NCBI GenBank assembly: GCA_951406725.2
Contig: OX597823.1
Coordinates: 50,096,001 to 50,160,000 of the forward strand
DNA: 64,000 bases
Direction of reading: 5' to 3'
From: Octopus vulgaris
Lineage: Eukaryota
Positions 12,651-25,490 of this stretch are shown here, piece by piece. A program made the translations under genes and the position numbers. The notes under the pieces are model-generated. The model searched no databases, was not told the DNA's origin, and saw only the letters and a list, made by a program, of their open reading frames with translations. Within the stretch, counting starts at the first letter, position 1. Each line of letters starts with the position of its first letter.

Positions 12651-12818
12651 ATCATCATCATCATCATCGTTTAACGTCCGCTTTCCATGCTAGCATGGGT
12701 TGGACGGTTCAACTGGGGTCTGGCAAGCCCGAAGGCTGCACCAGGCCAGTCAGATCACTACACTCTCGGAGTGGTTGGCGTTAGGAAGGGCATCCAGCTG
12801 TAGAAACACTGCCAGATC
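12651..12818 (-). mobile_element. Family C retroposon tail with an inverted 5' segment
   Basis: (CAT)n plus family C to 12756, then 12757-12818 is the next consensus segment in reverse orientation. TAATC flanks both ends. Confidence 0.8.
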
Positions 12819-13520
12819 TAATCTAAGCGAAAAAGGAACACACTGGCTCAGTAGATCAGTGAGATTTGATCCACTATATCCTCTTTAATCTTCTGCTTCT
12901 TGTTCCCTAACTGATTAAGGAAGTAACATTTTAAAACTCATTTGATTATATCACTGATAGGTGCGGATGTGTGATAAGAAGTTTGCTTTCCAACGACATG
13001 GCTTTGGTTTCAATCTCACTGCATGGTAACTTGCATAAGTGTCATCTACTATACCCTTGGGCCAACCAAAGTCTTGTGAGGAGTGGAAACTGAAAAGAAG
13101 GCCATCATGTGTGTGTGTGCATTGAATGGGTGGATAGATAGATACATGCATACATAGATCAACAGACAGACAGACACACAAACACACACAGATAGATAGT
13201 TTGGGAACAAGTGAGTGCTGGCAACAGGAAGAACATCCAGTCATAGAAAATTTGCCTCAATTAACTACATCTAATCCATGCAAACCAGGAAAAATGGGCA
13301 CTAAATTGATGATGATTCTACCTACATGTGATTTAGGAGAGCATATTGCTTCTCATAACCATGTCTATAGGAAGGTTTGAACTAGAAAGCTATGAGGGCA
13401 TTATAAATATTGGTTTTAAATGTACCTCTACAGATTTTGTACAGGACTTAGTGCCAGCATTGAAAATTACATTTTGTATATGAATATACCTCTGTAAACG
13501 ATGCAATCAATGTTTGATAT

Positions 13521-13565
13521 GGCACTGAAGAAGGAGCAATAACTCCTGAAATATGCATATACACT
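13521..13565 (+). ncRNA. Degenerate minimal type-I hammerhead ribozyme motif
   Basis: CTGAAGA, AGGAG/CTCCT stem II, GAAA, palindromic TATGCATA, then TA. Stem I is decayed. Confidence 0.5.
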
Positions 13566-14486
13566 CATTACCTGTTTCTCTCTTTTCAATTGCATTTTTC
13601 TACAAAGATATATTCATATATGAAATGTTGTAACTTTCGGTGTGGGTTCTAAATTCTATAGAAAATCTAAAGTGATACACTTAAAATGAAAACAATGCAC
13701 TGCTAACAAAATAATAATAGACACAGTATCAACTTATAAATTTGACATATACATGACAGTATATTATAGTTGCAAAATGAAATAGTGTCCATACCAGCAA
13801 TTAATATGAATAGTGGGTTACCAATATCTAATTTTTCAGCTGATAGCATGTTGGCCAATTAACTTAGTCAAAGTTGCAGATCTAAAACTGATAAGGTTTT
13901 ACTTGACATATTGTCTTATTAAATTTGAACCCAAGACGTCTCTAAGGAAAGATAGGACACATAATTAAGAATCTATTTTCAAACATTAATTTGCTTTCTA
14001 ACCTTACAACATTTAGAATGTCATAAACTCATATCAAATACACAGTGTGGTGGTGGTGGTAATAAAATATACAAAAGCAAAGAGAGGATGGGGTCATACA
14101 TATGTCCTACTTTTCCAGAGATGAGGTCTTCTTTAATTGTAGAGTGTAACCACTGGTGTTATGTTGTTACTTGGTTTACTAGAAATAGAACCTACTTCTC
14201 CCTCACAACATTTTCTGCTATCTTAAAAAATGGGAAGGGCTCATTACAAAATGTAATTTTAGATGCATTTGCCTGAAAAAAGGATGAAATAGTCAGAATG
14301 CCTGTGGGTATAGGTCTGTAGATCAGGGATAACTTGGGGGCTAAACAACAGTAATAACAACGAGCTGTACCTATCTTACAGAACCTATATGGACTACACC
14401 ATCTCTCAGCTGTGGCAACAGCACAAAGCCAGTAACAGAAAATAAGCCACATCCTTGTGACAGGTATTTGAAAGTGTAGCGAGGCC

Positions 14487-15090
14487 ATCATTTATCATGT
14501 TTTCCATACTGGCATAGGTTGGACAATTTGACTGGGGACTGGCAAGTCAGGAGGCTGCACCAGGCTCCAATCTGATCTGGCAGTGTTTCTACAGCTGGAT
14601 GCCCTTCCTAATGCCAACCACTCCGAGAGTGTAGCGGGTGCTTTTTACATGCCACAAGCACAGGAGCCAGTCAGGCGGCCCCTGGCATCGGCCATGTTCA
14701 GATGATGCATTTTATGTGCTACTGGCATGGGAGCCATTCGGGGCAGGGAGGCTGGCATTGACCATGTCCGGATGGTGCTTTTTACATGCCACCAGCATGG
14801 GGAGCCAGTCAGGCAGCATTGGCAACGACCTAAACAACCCACGCATGCATGGTACTTATTGCGTGCCACCAGCATAGGAGCCAATCAGGCAGTAATGTCA
14901 TCGGCAACAACTACAATCCCATTTGATTGTGATTTTGATTTGACTTTACTCAATAGGTCTCCTCGAGCACAGAATGTCGCCCAAAGGTACTTTTTAAATG
15001 GGCTGGTTATGCGACACTGGTGTAGGCTACGGCTGTGATCTCACTTTATTTGCCAGGTTTTATCACAGCATATCTCCAGAGGTTTCGGTC
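14487..15090 (-). mobile_element. Family C copy with ~68-bp internal repeats, joined to the end of an RTE ORF
   Basis: Minus strand near 15090 reads DRNLWRYAV (RTE terminal motif) followed by the 3' UTR and the family C tail. This suggests family C derives from an RTE 3' end. Confidence 0.65.
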
Positions 15091-16687
15091 TTTCAATTAT
15101 GGTATATTGAATACATCAAACTGATATAGACTCAGCGTGTTAATCTGTGATGATTGATCACTTTACCTATCATGTGAGTTTTGAACATTGGTTGAGTCCT
15201 GTGTTTTCATTGGTAGAGTATTGTGCAGGATTTGAATTGAAGAACCAATCATGTTGCGCATAATACATTCTCAAACAACTAATCAGTATGAGCTCTGGAG
15301 CCTACTATTTTTTCTCCAAATTCATGTAACAAATTATCAAGTCCAGTGGGTGAGTGATTTTCCTGAAGGCGAGTCATGTTTGCCCTGCCATTATTCACCA
15401 ACTCAAAATTAACATAATGGAGCACATGTAACCAATGATGATCCAAGCTGAATTATCCAAATGATGGATGAAGTACACAACCACCAGAATTTGTGATGAT
15501 TTTACTTGGTTCATTGTACTACTTAACAGGGGAATAAAGTCTCACTGTTATTTTTAAAGTTCATGTATTATTTCCATGAGTGAATACACAACATCTATTA
15601 TACAATGGTATGCAAGATTCCGGAGTAAAACCAAAGGAGACTTTAGACCACACGTTAAAAAGTGTTATGAAGACATTCAGAAAATGTTAATCATCAGATT
15701 AAAATTCCTTGCATTATTTAACTTCTTCATTTCTCTTGATTTGAATCTAAAAATCTTACCAAGTTGACTTCACTTTCCATTCCCAATAAACACCAGTAAT
15801 ATACTGGCTTTTGAATCATCCAAATGCATTTCCTGATTCTATTCCAAGAAAAGAAATCAATAATGCATCCATAACTAATACATTTGGTTCACTAAATTTA
15901 CCAACATCCATAAAATCAGAGCTTTGAAATTATAATCTCGTTCATATGACTCAATAAATTATGTCATTCTTCAGATCTTAAGCAAAAAATTTGATTCTAT
16001 TTTGCTAAAAGATTCATGTCACATTAACGGATTTTTATTCCTCATATAGAAATACCATATCAATAGCACAGTAATAAACTCTGAGACATATTTTCACAAA
16101 ATGCTAGAAATGCACAGCCTAAGTATTGATTTAATAAATTGACTTACTATATGTAAATTATTACCTATTAGCAATTCTCAATGATATTATAAATGCTTAC
16201 ACCACCTTTTCATTTATCACTACTTACACAGGGTTGTAGAACCAAGGAAACTAAACTACTATTAAAGCCTATACTACTGGCAAACACATAGTTTGGCAGT
16301 AATAGAATAACTGTCTGTGTCTACCATACTCCAACCTCTCTCTGGGCGCATGACCATTTCTCTTGGTTCCTTCCACTCCCTCTTTCAGCTGAGAGGTCCT
16401 TATCTTGCAAGCTACTAGGCAACCCTGTGAGTGCTGGTGCCATGTAAAAAGCACCCACAGTGGAACCACATAAAATGTTCCAGTGCTGGGAGCCACATAA
16501 AATGCTCCTGAGTTGGTGTCACATAAAAATTATCCAGTATACTCTGTAAAGGGGTTAGCATTAGGAAGGGCATGCAACTGTAGAAACCAAGCCAAAACAG
16601 ATAATTGGAACCTGGTGCAGCTTTCTGGCTTGCCAGCTCCTGTCAAACCATCAGCATGGAAAATGGATGTTTAATATATATATCTCT

Positions 16688-17083
16688 CCTTTACTCTTTT
16701 ACTTGTTTCAGTCATTTGACTGCGGCCAGCTGGAGCACTGCCTTTAGTCAAGCAAATCAACCCCAGGACTTATTCTTTGTAAGCCTAGTACTTATTCTAT
16801 TGGTTTCTTTTGCCGAACCGCTATGTTACAGGGACGAAAACACACCACCATCGGTTGTCAAGCAATGTTGGGGGGACAAACACAGACACACAAACACACA
16901 CACATATATATACATATATACGATGGGCTTCTTTCAGTTTCCATCCACCAAATCCACTCACAAGGCTTTGGTCGGCCCGAGGCTATAGTAGAAGACATTT
17001 GCCCAAGGTGCCACGCAGTGGGACTGAACCCAGAACCATGTGGTTGGTAAGCAAGCTACTTACCACACAGCCACTCCTGCGCC
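16688..17083 (-). mobile_element. tRNA-derived SINE family A (CORE-like), best-preserved copy
   Basis: Head GGCGCAGGAGTGGCTGTGTGGTAAG...GGGTTCAGTCCC and CORE-like GGCACCTTGGGCAAATGTCTT. Other copies at about 7790, 12958, 17578, 19072, 23080, 32270, 36190, 39000, 44520, 47685, 48755, 54310, 56745, 57631 and 58450. Confidence 0.88.
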
Positions 17084-17089
17084 TTAAAC

Positions 17090-17150
<61 letters not shown>

Positions 17151-17428
17151 TGTATATTGGACCCCAGTGCTCAACTGGTACTTATTTTATCGACTCCAAA
17201 AGAATGAAAGGCTAAGTTGGCCTTGGTTGAATTTGAACACAGAACATAAGGATGGATGAAATACTGCTAAGCATTTCGCCTGGCTTGCTGCCTTACATAT
17301 TACATAGAAGTATATAATTCACCGGTGTAAGTAGTAGTAGCAGCAGCAGCAGCAAATTCAATCTTCCTGCTACTACACCTTAGAGACCCTTAGCTTCACT
17401 GATTTCATTGACCCTAAATGCATTATAA

Positions 17429-18070
17429 CAGAGGTTCTCAATCATATTTTCCTATAGACCCCTTTGATTCTTATTTCACTCAGATGGACCCCCATAGCCA
17501 TTCAATGTTTATAAAATCCTATTGTAATTTTATATTTAAATATTATCAGGAACTGTTTGAAAAAAAAGATATTGTTAAAGGTATGGCTGTGTGGTAAGAA
17601 GTTTGCTTTCTAACCACATAGTTTGGGTTCATTCCCACTGTGTGGCACCATGGGTATGTGTCTTCTATTATAGCCTCTGGCCAACCAAAGCTTTGTGAGT
17701 GGATTTGGTAGATGGAAACTGAAAGAAGCTCATCATATATACATATATCTGTATTGTTGTGTATGTATTTGTCTCTCCACTAAAACTTGACAACCAGTGT
17801 TGGGGAGTTCATGGCCCCATAACTTAGCAGTTCAGTAGATGTGACCAATAGAATAAGTACCAGGCCTAAAAAAAAAAAATTATTAAAGTACTGGGACTAA
17901 TTCATTCAAAGCTGCTTAAGGCAGTGCCTCAGCATGGTCGCAGTCTAATGACAAGTAAAACATATTTTGTAGATTGTGAAAGTATAACCATTTTATTGCA
18001 CATAAAGTTTTAACAACAAAATCTTCCATGGACACCCAATGGTCATATGGACCCAAGTTGAGAACCACTG
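17429..18070. mobile_element. hAT (Charlie/MER5-like) MITE interrupted by a family A SINE (about 17578-17958)
   Basis: TIRs CAGAGGTTCTCAA ... TTGAGAACCACTG; the body is homologous to copies at 52230 and 57530. Confidence 0.75.
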
Positions 18071-18645
18071 CACTAGGTGAAGACAGAACCTTTGGGAAAG
18101 TCATGAATGATACAGCTTCCCATATTTTTACTCCCACAGCTATGTATTCCTGACCTTAATTAAGCAATTACTGTAGATTATAATTTTTCATTAAGATCTC
18201 TTTTGTTAATAGTAAATTACAGGACATCTTACATGAACAGTTAACAAGATCTTAATTAGTTAGACAGTTTTAGACAATTAGAGTTGGGCAGGCTTAAGAG
18301 TTATAAGTCCAATGATATATTAAATCTGTCATTTCTGAAATAATTGTCAAATGAAACAGTGAATATTTAATGTTCATAAAAGCAACTAATGAGAACACAT
18401 CTCAATTAAGAAGATAACTTCATTATGATATCAATTGGATGACTTAGTATTCTGAATTAAAATATAATCCTGTGAGATTGAAAATCTAAGTACATTAGAG
18501 TATTAAGCTTAAGAGATGTACTATACACATATATACATACATATCTATATAATATAAATGCAAGATCTTCCTGTGGACAAGGTTGCATTGTATTCGATTA
18601 TAAATAAATAAAAATACACATCAAGTACAGGACATCACCAACGAG

Positions 18646-18879
18646 CGAAAAACACAAACACACAAGTGATAACTACAGGACAAAATGCCAAAAAATACAA
18701 AATAAAAACAGGACATCAACAACAAGTAAAAAAATATGTAAATACATAATGAGAGACAAGTACATGGACAAAATATCAAAAGAAGCATTTACGTATTTTT
18801 CATTCTATGTCCTGTTCTTATTGTGTATTTTTTGTTATTTTGTTCTGTACTTATCTCTTGTGTGTTTAAGTGTTTTTCG
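18646..18879. repeat. Imperfect inverted repeat with ~95-100-bp arms
   Basis: 18646-18745 aligns with the reverse complement of 18785-18879. Confidence 0.85.
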
Positions 18880-21068
18880 GTCTATAAATGCAATGAAGAT
18901 TGTGGGCCCACAATGTGCATTGTACTATTGGTGCATTTAAAGTCACAGACCCCTGTTAATCTTCTGTCTGTTAGAAGACAGGTGTTTTTGTTTTTACAAT
19001 AAGGCTTAAACTTAATGAAACTCTTACCAGATCTTCTTAGTCTTAAACCATAATGTCGCTAGTCAATCTATATCTTTTACTTGAACCAGTCACTGGAATG
19101 CAGTCAAGCTGGACACTCCTTTGAAGAGTTTAGCTGATAAATCACTCCCAGTACTTATTTCTTAAGTCTGGCACTTATCCTATCAGACTCTTTTACTGAA
19201 CCATGAAATTAAGGGGGTGTAAACACACCAATACAAGTTGTCAAGTAGTTGAAGGTGAAGGGAACACAAAAATATACACACAAACACATACACAAGATTC
19301 CACACAGTTTCTGTCTACCAAATTTACTCTCAAGGCTTTGATCAGCCCAAGGCCATGAAAAACACCTATCAAAAGTGCTACAGAGTAGGATCAAAACCAC
19401 AAGGTTGCAAAGCAAGCTTCTTAACCACACAGTTTTGCCCGCACTTATTGATCAACTGGATAACAAAACATCTATTATTTCAGGTGAACTATATCAGAAG
19501 CTCATAGCTATCCTTTTTGTAGACTAGTCAGTGCAACTGCTGCAGTCATCAACAAGAGGTCCCACTTTTTTTGTTTTTTTTGTGTACAAACAACCTTCAG
19601 GTTTTGTTTTTCTAAATACTGCTTTCACATATACTTCCCAACCAACCTTTGGTTTTATCAGTTGTACAGAGGGCCTTGAAGCTTTTCATCAGTATAGTCT
19701 TTGCCATGTTAATGTTGCTATTTGATATGAGGGAACATGGCCAAGTGGTTAAGATGTTGCACTCACAATCGCAAGATCACGGGTTCAGTTCTTGGACTGA
19801 GTAGTGCATTGTGTTCTTGAGCACAACACATTTCATCTCACACTGCTCTGCAATCACCTCAACATCTAATGTGTGGCACACCAAGCACCTGTACAAGCAA
19901 TGTCTCAATTTGATGGCAGGAATGCACTTATGTACAGCACAAACATTTAATCATCATCATCACTATGAGCTTCTCATATAGTTCACTTGAAATCATCTGT
20001 GCAGGCTGTTCAGCAAAAATTGCAGAGCCAATTTTCTTAGATTAAGAGGCTATGGTTAATTAATTGCTGTTTGATGCAATTGGATTTCTCTATTTATTTT
20101 TCAGTTACTTCTGTAGTGAGAATCAGGTTTTTGGTTTTGAGAAGTTAACGTGGTTTTTTAATAGGCAACAAATCTTGAATTCCATGATGATTACTTTTAG
20201 ACCTAGAATAATTGGTATAGAGCTAAAGAAAAATCTTTAAAATTTAACAACCTGAATGGTAAATTTCACTCAATAAAATGTCTCATAAAGTCTGGCTAAC
20301 AAGAGCCAGAGCTAAACTAAGATTCCATGAGTTAATGAGATATAGATATTCCCCAGAATAGGACATTGCAAAAGACATTCCCAGAAGACTTGGTAAATTT
20401 TCCAGACAACTTATTTAATCAAACTAAAGAGAAATAAACACTCCATCAAACTGCAGAAACAAAATACATATTGCAAGCTTCAGCAACTCCCACCTGAGTT
20501 ATTTCTGTCAGCCATACTGCTTATATATGATTGTGTGTACATATTTCTGAGTACAGACACAGGTATATATATGTATGCGAGCCAGTTAGCTGAATTCAAA
20601 CAGCTAGTTCACATATGTATATGTGTGTGTGCGCTTGTGTATGCACAGGGAGTGCATAAATTATCTTTACAACCTGCAAAATTTATTGCATTATTTTTGA
20701 ACTGTAAATATAATTTAATGACACCCTTTATGTATGTGTGTATGTGTGTGTGTGTGGTGTTTGTGTCTGTGTCACTGCTTCTCCATTTAACACACACACA
20801 CATTATAAATATATATATATATATACAGTTAGTGCATCGATGGCTAGCTGGAAAAGATGTTTTCCTGGGGTTAAATAGTAGTAACAACCGTCCTAATCAG
20901 GACTGCCACTTTACGTTGGCAAATAAACTTTACTCTAAAGTACTGTTGCTGCAGGTTTCTTGTTCAGAGATTTATAACTAATAGTTTATATGTATATATA
21001 TATGTTTACTGTTTTGTTAAGGTAAGATCAACAAAAAAGTACTCCATCCAGTGAGAAATAAATATCCG

Positions 21069-21297
21069 TTTCTTTATTACCCACAAGGGGCTACACACAG
21101 AGGAGACAAACAAGGACAGACAAACGGATTAAGTCGATTACATCGACCCCAGTGCGTAACTGGTACTTAATTTATCGACCCCGAAAGGATGAAAGGCAAA
21201 GTCGACCTCAGCGGAATTTGAACTCAGAACGTAACGGCAGACGAAATACAGCTACGCATTTCGCCCGGCGTGCTAACGGTTCTGCCAGCTCGCCGCC
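21069..21297 (-). mobile_element. SINE family B, young CpG-rich copy
   Basis: Near-identical to 11675-11903 and 48877-49105. Confidence 0.88.
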
Positions 21298-23340
21298 TTA
21301 TGTATGTGTGTGTGTGGTGTTTGTGTCTGTGTCACCGCTTAAATATCATTTAACATCCACTGTATTAAAATAAGAGCTACTAATAGTTTTTTGCCATTAA
21401 GACATGTGGTTAGGCAGGTTTTTATAACATGCCTTGCATCTCCAAGCAATCTCGGGCTTTGAGCATATATTCTATTCTATTTGAAAGTCATGTAGCAGTG
21501 TCTTGATTTTTAATCAGAACCATGTGCTCAGAGCCCAAAGATTGCTTGGAGATAAAGCACCTGTGCTAGTGCCACATAAAAAGCACCTGTGCTGGTGCCA
21601 GGTAAAAGGCACTCATGCTGGCAACATGCAAAAAGCATCCAGTACACTCTGTAACGTGGTTGGCATTAGAAAGGGTATCCAGCTGTAGAAACCATAACAA
21701 AACAGTCAGTTGGAACCTAGTGCAGTTCTCTGACTCACCAGCTTCTGTCAAACCGTCCAACCCATGCCAGTATGGAGAACAGATGTTAAGTGATGATAAT
21801 TATGATACATATATATATATATATATATAAAAACTATCTGGTTTAAGACATTGGATGATATCTATGCTAGAGCATCACCTTAAAAGATATTTAAATATTT
21901 TGTCATCCCAATACTTAATCAGTCTCTATTTATCAAACTAATAGGGTACAGGGTGAGGGGAGGGCATGTAAAGAAGCACGTAAACATAACAACAAAGAAG
22001 CAGACATATATTCATTCATGTGTGAAAATGTATGTATTTTGCACATTAGCCACTCAACCTAAATTAAATCCCAAAGCAATGAGTCAAAGAACAGTGAAAG
22101 AAAGAGAGAGTGAAGGAAAGACAGAGAGAAAGGAAGAATGGGAGGGAGAGGAAGAGAGAGAGAGAACTAGATGTTTTCATAATTACACAGAACCAGAATC
22201 TCTAGTGTTTCCCTCCACCTACATCCAAATACATCCATTGTCATGTACACAACAATTTGGCATGCAAACTACTTAATTGTAGAGCAATCCATTGTAAATA
22301 AGCTGCACTCTATAAATCTAATGCAATATCTAATCAGGTCCTTTGGGGTTTCATCTCCTACCAACAAGAACCAATAAACTATATCTGTACTGATGACTCA
22401 CCTTTGATAGGGGAAAGGTGATTTTTCTGGAAGCATTCAATATGAAGCAAACTAAATAAATAATATTGTTACCTTATTTTAATCATAGTAACATTGCAAG
22501 TTATTTATTATTTCTATTTCTTGGTTTAGTTGTTTTACATTGCAGAGAGAGAGAGGGGGGGATACTGAAAGTAGAGACTTCAGTGCAAATAAGAATGAAA
22601 AAGAAAGCACTTGATAGTGAAAGTAGAATGGCAAAACATTTATCAAAAGTGAAATATTAAATCTGAAATTTCAATTTTACAAACACACATACTCTTCATC
22701 TCCCATTTAACATCTGCTTTCCATGCTGTCATGGGTTGGACAGTTTGACAGAAACTGTCAAGCCAAAAGACTACACTAAGCTCTATTCTCTACTTTGGCA
22801 TGGTTTCTATGGCTAGATGCCCTTCCTAATGCCAACCACTATACAGAGTAATCTTGGTGCTTCTTACATACAATTCAACACTGCTCAACTTAGTGGTATA
22901 TAATCTTGAGAGAGGTGACTTTGTAAAAAGTGATGAGAAGTTAGAGTACAACAGAGAGACAGAAACAAGTTCCACATAATCCCTCAAAAATTAGAGATCA
23001 GCACCTCTTGACTCTTGATACTAAGGCAGGCAGGCAGATAGGCAGGGAGACAGGTAGGTAAGTAGGTAGGTGCCGGCTTTCCTTTCCAATGATATGGCTC
23101 CAGGTTCAGTCCCACTGTGTGGTATCTTGGGCAAATGTCTTCTAGTATAAGCCTTAAGCCAGCCAAATTTGGATTTGGTTGATGAAAATTGAAAGAAGCC
23201 TGTCATATGTGCATGTGCATGCACATGTATCTTTATGTTTTTCCCACACTGCTGATTGACAACCAGTGTTGGTGTGTTTACATCAATTCTTCAAGGTGGT
23301 GTTCCATCACGGCCATAGTCTAATGATTAAAACAAGTAGA

Positions 23341-23390
<50 letters not shown>

Positions 23391-23479
23391 AGTATTATGA
23401 GTGTCGATGCACATGTTTTTATTTTATATTTTTATATTTATATGTAAAAAAATTTTTTCACACTTATAATAAATTAAAT

Positions 23480-23590
23480 TCTCTGAAGAGGCCGTGGGAC
23501 ATCCTTGTTAATGTCTCATTTATACCTGCCTTATATGGCTTATAGGTTAAATGAGGCATACTTGTCCTTACGGCCGAAACAGCTGTCAGA
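23480..23590 (+). ncRNA. Type-I hammerhead ribozyme (Penelope/retrozyme type) with an extended stem II
   Basis: TCT-CTGAAGA-GGCCGT...ACGGCC-GAAA-CAGCTG-TC-AGA. All conserved core positions are present, with a G10.1-C11.1 pair, a palindromic stem III and a GUC cleavage triplet at 23585-23587. Confidence 0.8.
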
Positions 23591-23766
23591 TATGATATAA
23601 TTATATATTATATTTTATATTTCTATTTCCTTGTCTAATTATATTTACAATATATTTTGTATAATGCCTTTGCTGTTATGTAATGGTGTAATAAAGTATT
23701 GATTGGGTATCATCTGATGGTTGATGTTTGATTGATTTAAGTATATTTCTCCATTTTCTAATTTTG

Positions 23767-23800
<34 letters not shown>

Positions 23801-25062
23801 TATATGTATGATAGACTTTTCATTGACTAACTAACACTTTAGACTTTGCTAAGTTGACTCTGAGGTTTCTCACCTCTAGGTTTTGTTTCTATATGGGAAA
23901 TTTCATTTCTAAATCTTCCAAATTTTTAGTTTTAAGAACTGAGTTATTAAGCATACAGGAATCCTCATAGGCAGTAATTATTTATACAATTATGGTCCAG
24001 TGTCTGCTGCCTAACAACAATGAACTGCCTACATCAATGCTTCAAATTGATCGGTCTGGGGTTGTTATAGAAGACACTTGTCTAAGGTGCCATGCAGTGC
24101 AACTGAGCACTACATCACACTCAGTGCACAAAACAATGGCAAATTCTTCCTTTGTAGATATGGCAGGAGTGCAGTTGGTGGTTCCATTATATGTATCTTC
24201 ATTTTGGATGCACATGCTTGCTATATGATTCACACACATCAATGCTTCACTTTGGTCAGTCTGGGGTTATAGTAGAACACACTTGTCCAAGGTGCCATGC
24301 AGTGGGACTGACCCCAAAACCAATTGGTTAGTTACAACTCTCTCTCTCTCATATATATACGGCATGAAATTGCATATATATATATATACATATACACACA
24401 TGCTCAAAAAAGAAAAAAATATGTAACAGCATTTCATCTAGATGTGCTCCAGTTATACAGTTACTGCTTCTGTGGTTAATGAAGCTGCTCTTCTTACAAA
24501 ACTTTTGCTTACTGGACTTCAAGACGAAACACTGCTGCAAGCTCATAGGAACTCTTATCAATTATCCAGTGTCTGCTGCCTAACATCAATGAACTGCATC
24601 TCTCTTCTTTTTTACTATTAAATGCTATCTCAGTCGCGCTGAATACAGCCTCTAATAGTTTTAGTAGATTTTATTAACGTAAGTACTTTGTCTTGTGCTT
24701 ATTTTATTGACCTCATGATGCAGAGTAGCATTGTCAACTAAAGCACAATCTAAACCACAAGATATTTTTTGTCTACTAAACTAATTCAACAATATATCTC
24801 TGTTTCTGTCTCTCTCTCTCCCTCTCTCTCTCACACACACACACACACCAGCCCATGGACTGCATCTTTTCCCTTGACCAAATTACATTCACAAGTGTTT
24901 AGTGATACTATGCATAGGTGGGGCATAATTTAGATAAAGATATTTCTCAATTATTAAAATGGATCTACTGATATTCATCTAATATGTGTAAAAGTTTTAG
25001 AATAACTGTTAGATTATACTACTTATAAGAAAGTCCTTTCAAATCTATTTATCTTAACAACC

Positions 25063-25395
25063 TATGTAGTGGTATCAAAAACTTCCTGAACTAGTTCTGT
25101 AGTATGCCAACAGATGGCAGTACATGGATGCATATACAGTGAGTGTTAGCTGTGACCTTCATGGAGCAGTGTGCTGAGTGCTACTGCTGTGTTAACTTCG
25201 CAAGTTGTGAAATTTGTGTTTTTGTGATCATGTGTATGCTGTAGCCCATGAATTTTGTCATGGACAAGAAGTTGGAACAAAGAGCCAACATGAAATTTTG
25301 CATTAAACTTGTGAAGGTTGCTACAGAGACATTGAGCATGCTTCGACAAGCTTACAGTGACGAGGCAATGGGTTGTACACAATGTTTTGAATGTT
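25063..25395 (+). mobile_element. Mariner 5' fragment (TIR region plus N-terminal HTH)
   Basis: From 25260: MDKKLEQRANMKFCIKLVKVATETLSMLRQAYSDEAMGCTQCFE, the typical mariner EQR..IKFC..LGK.ATET..ML..AYGD pattern. Confidence 0.8.
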
Positions 25396-25490
25396 TATCA
25401 TGTTAAACATGATAAACATAAATAAAAGTGAGATTTTTAAAAAGAAACTGTCTGATTTCACAGAAATAGTTCTTTCTGGGACACCCTGTA

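Noticed and set aside
17000-17083. tRNA genes
   Set aside because: The tRNA-like A/B boxes are SINE heads attached to repeat bodies and do not form complete cloverleaves.
16605-17259. Overlapping 127-149-aa ORFs
   Set aside because: They are the antisense of a SINE plus microsatellite; the same pseudo-peptides recur at many SINE copies.
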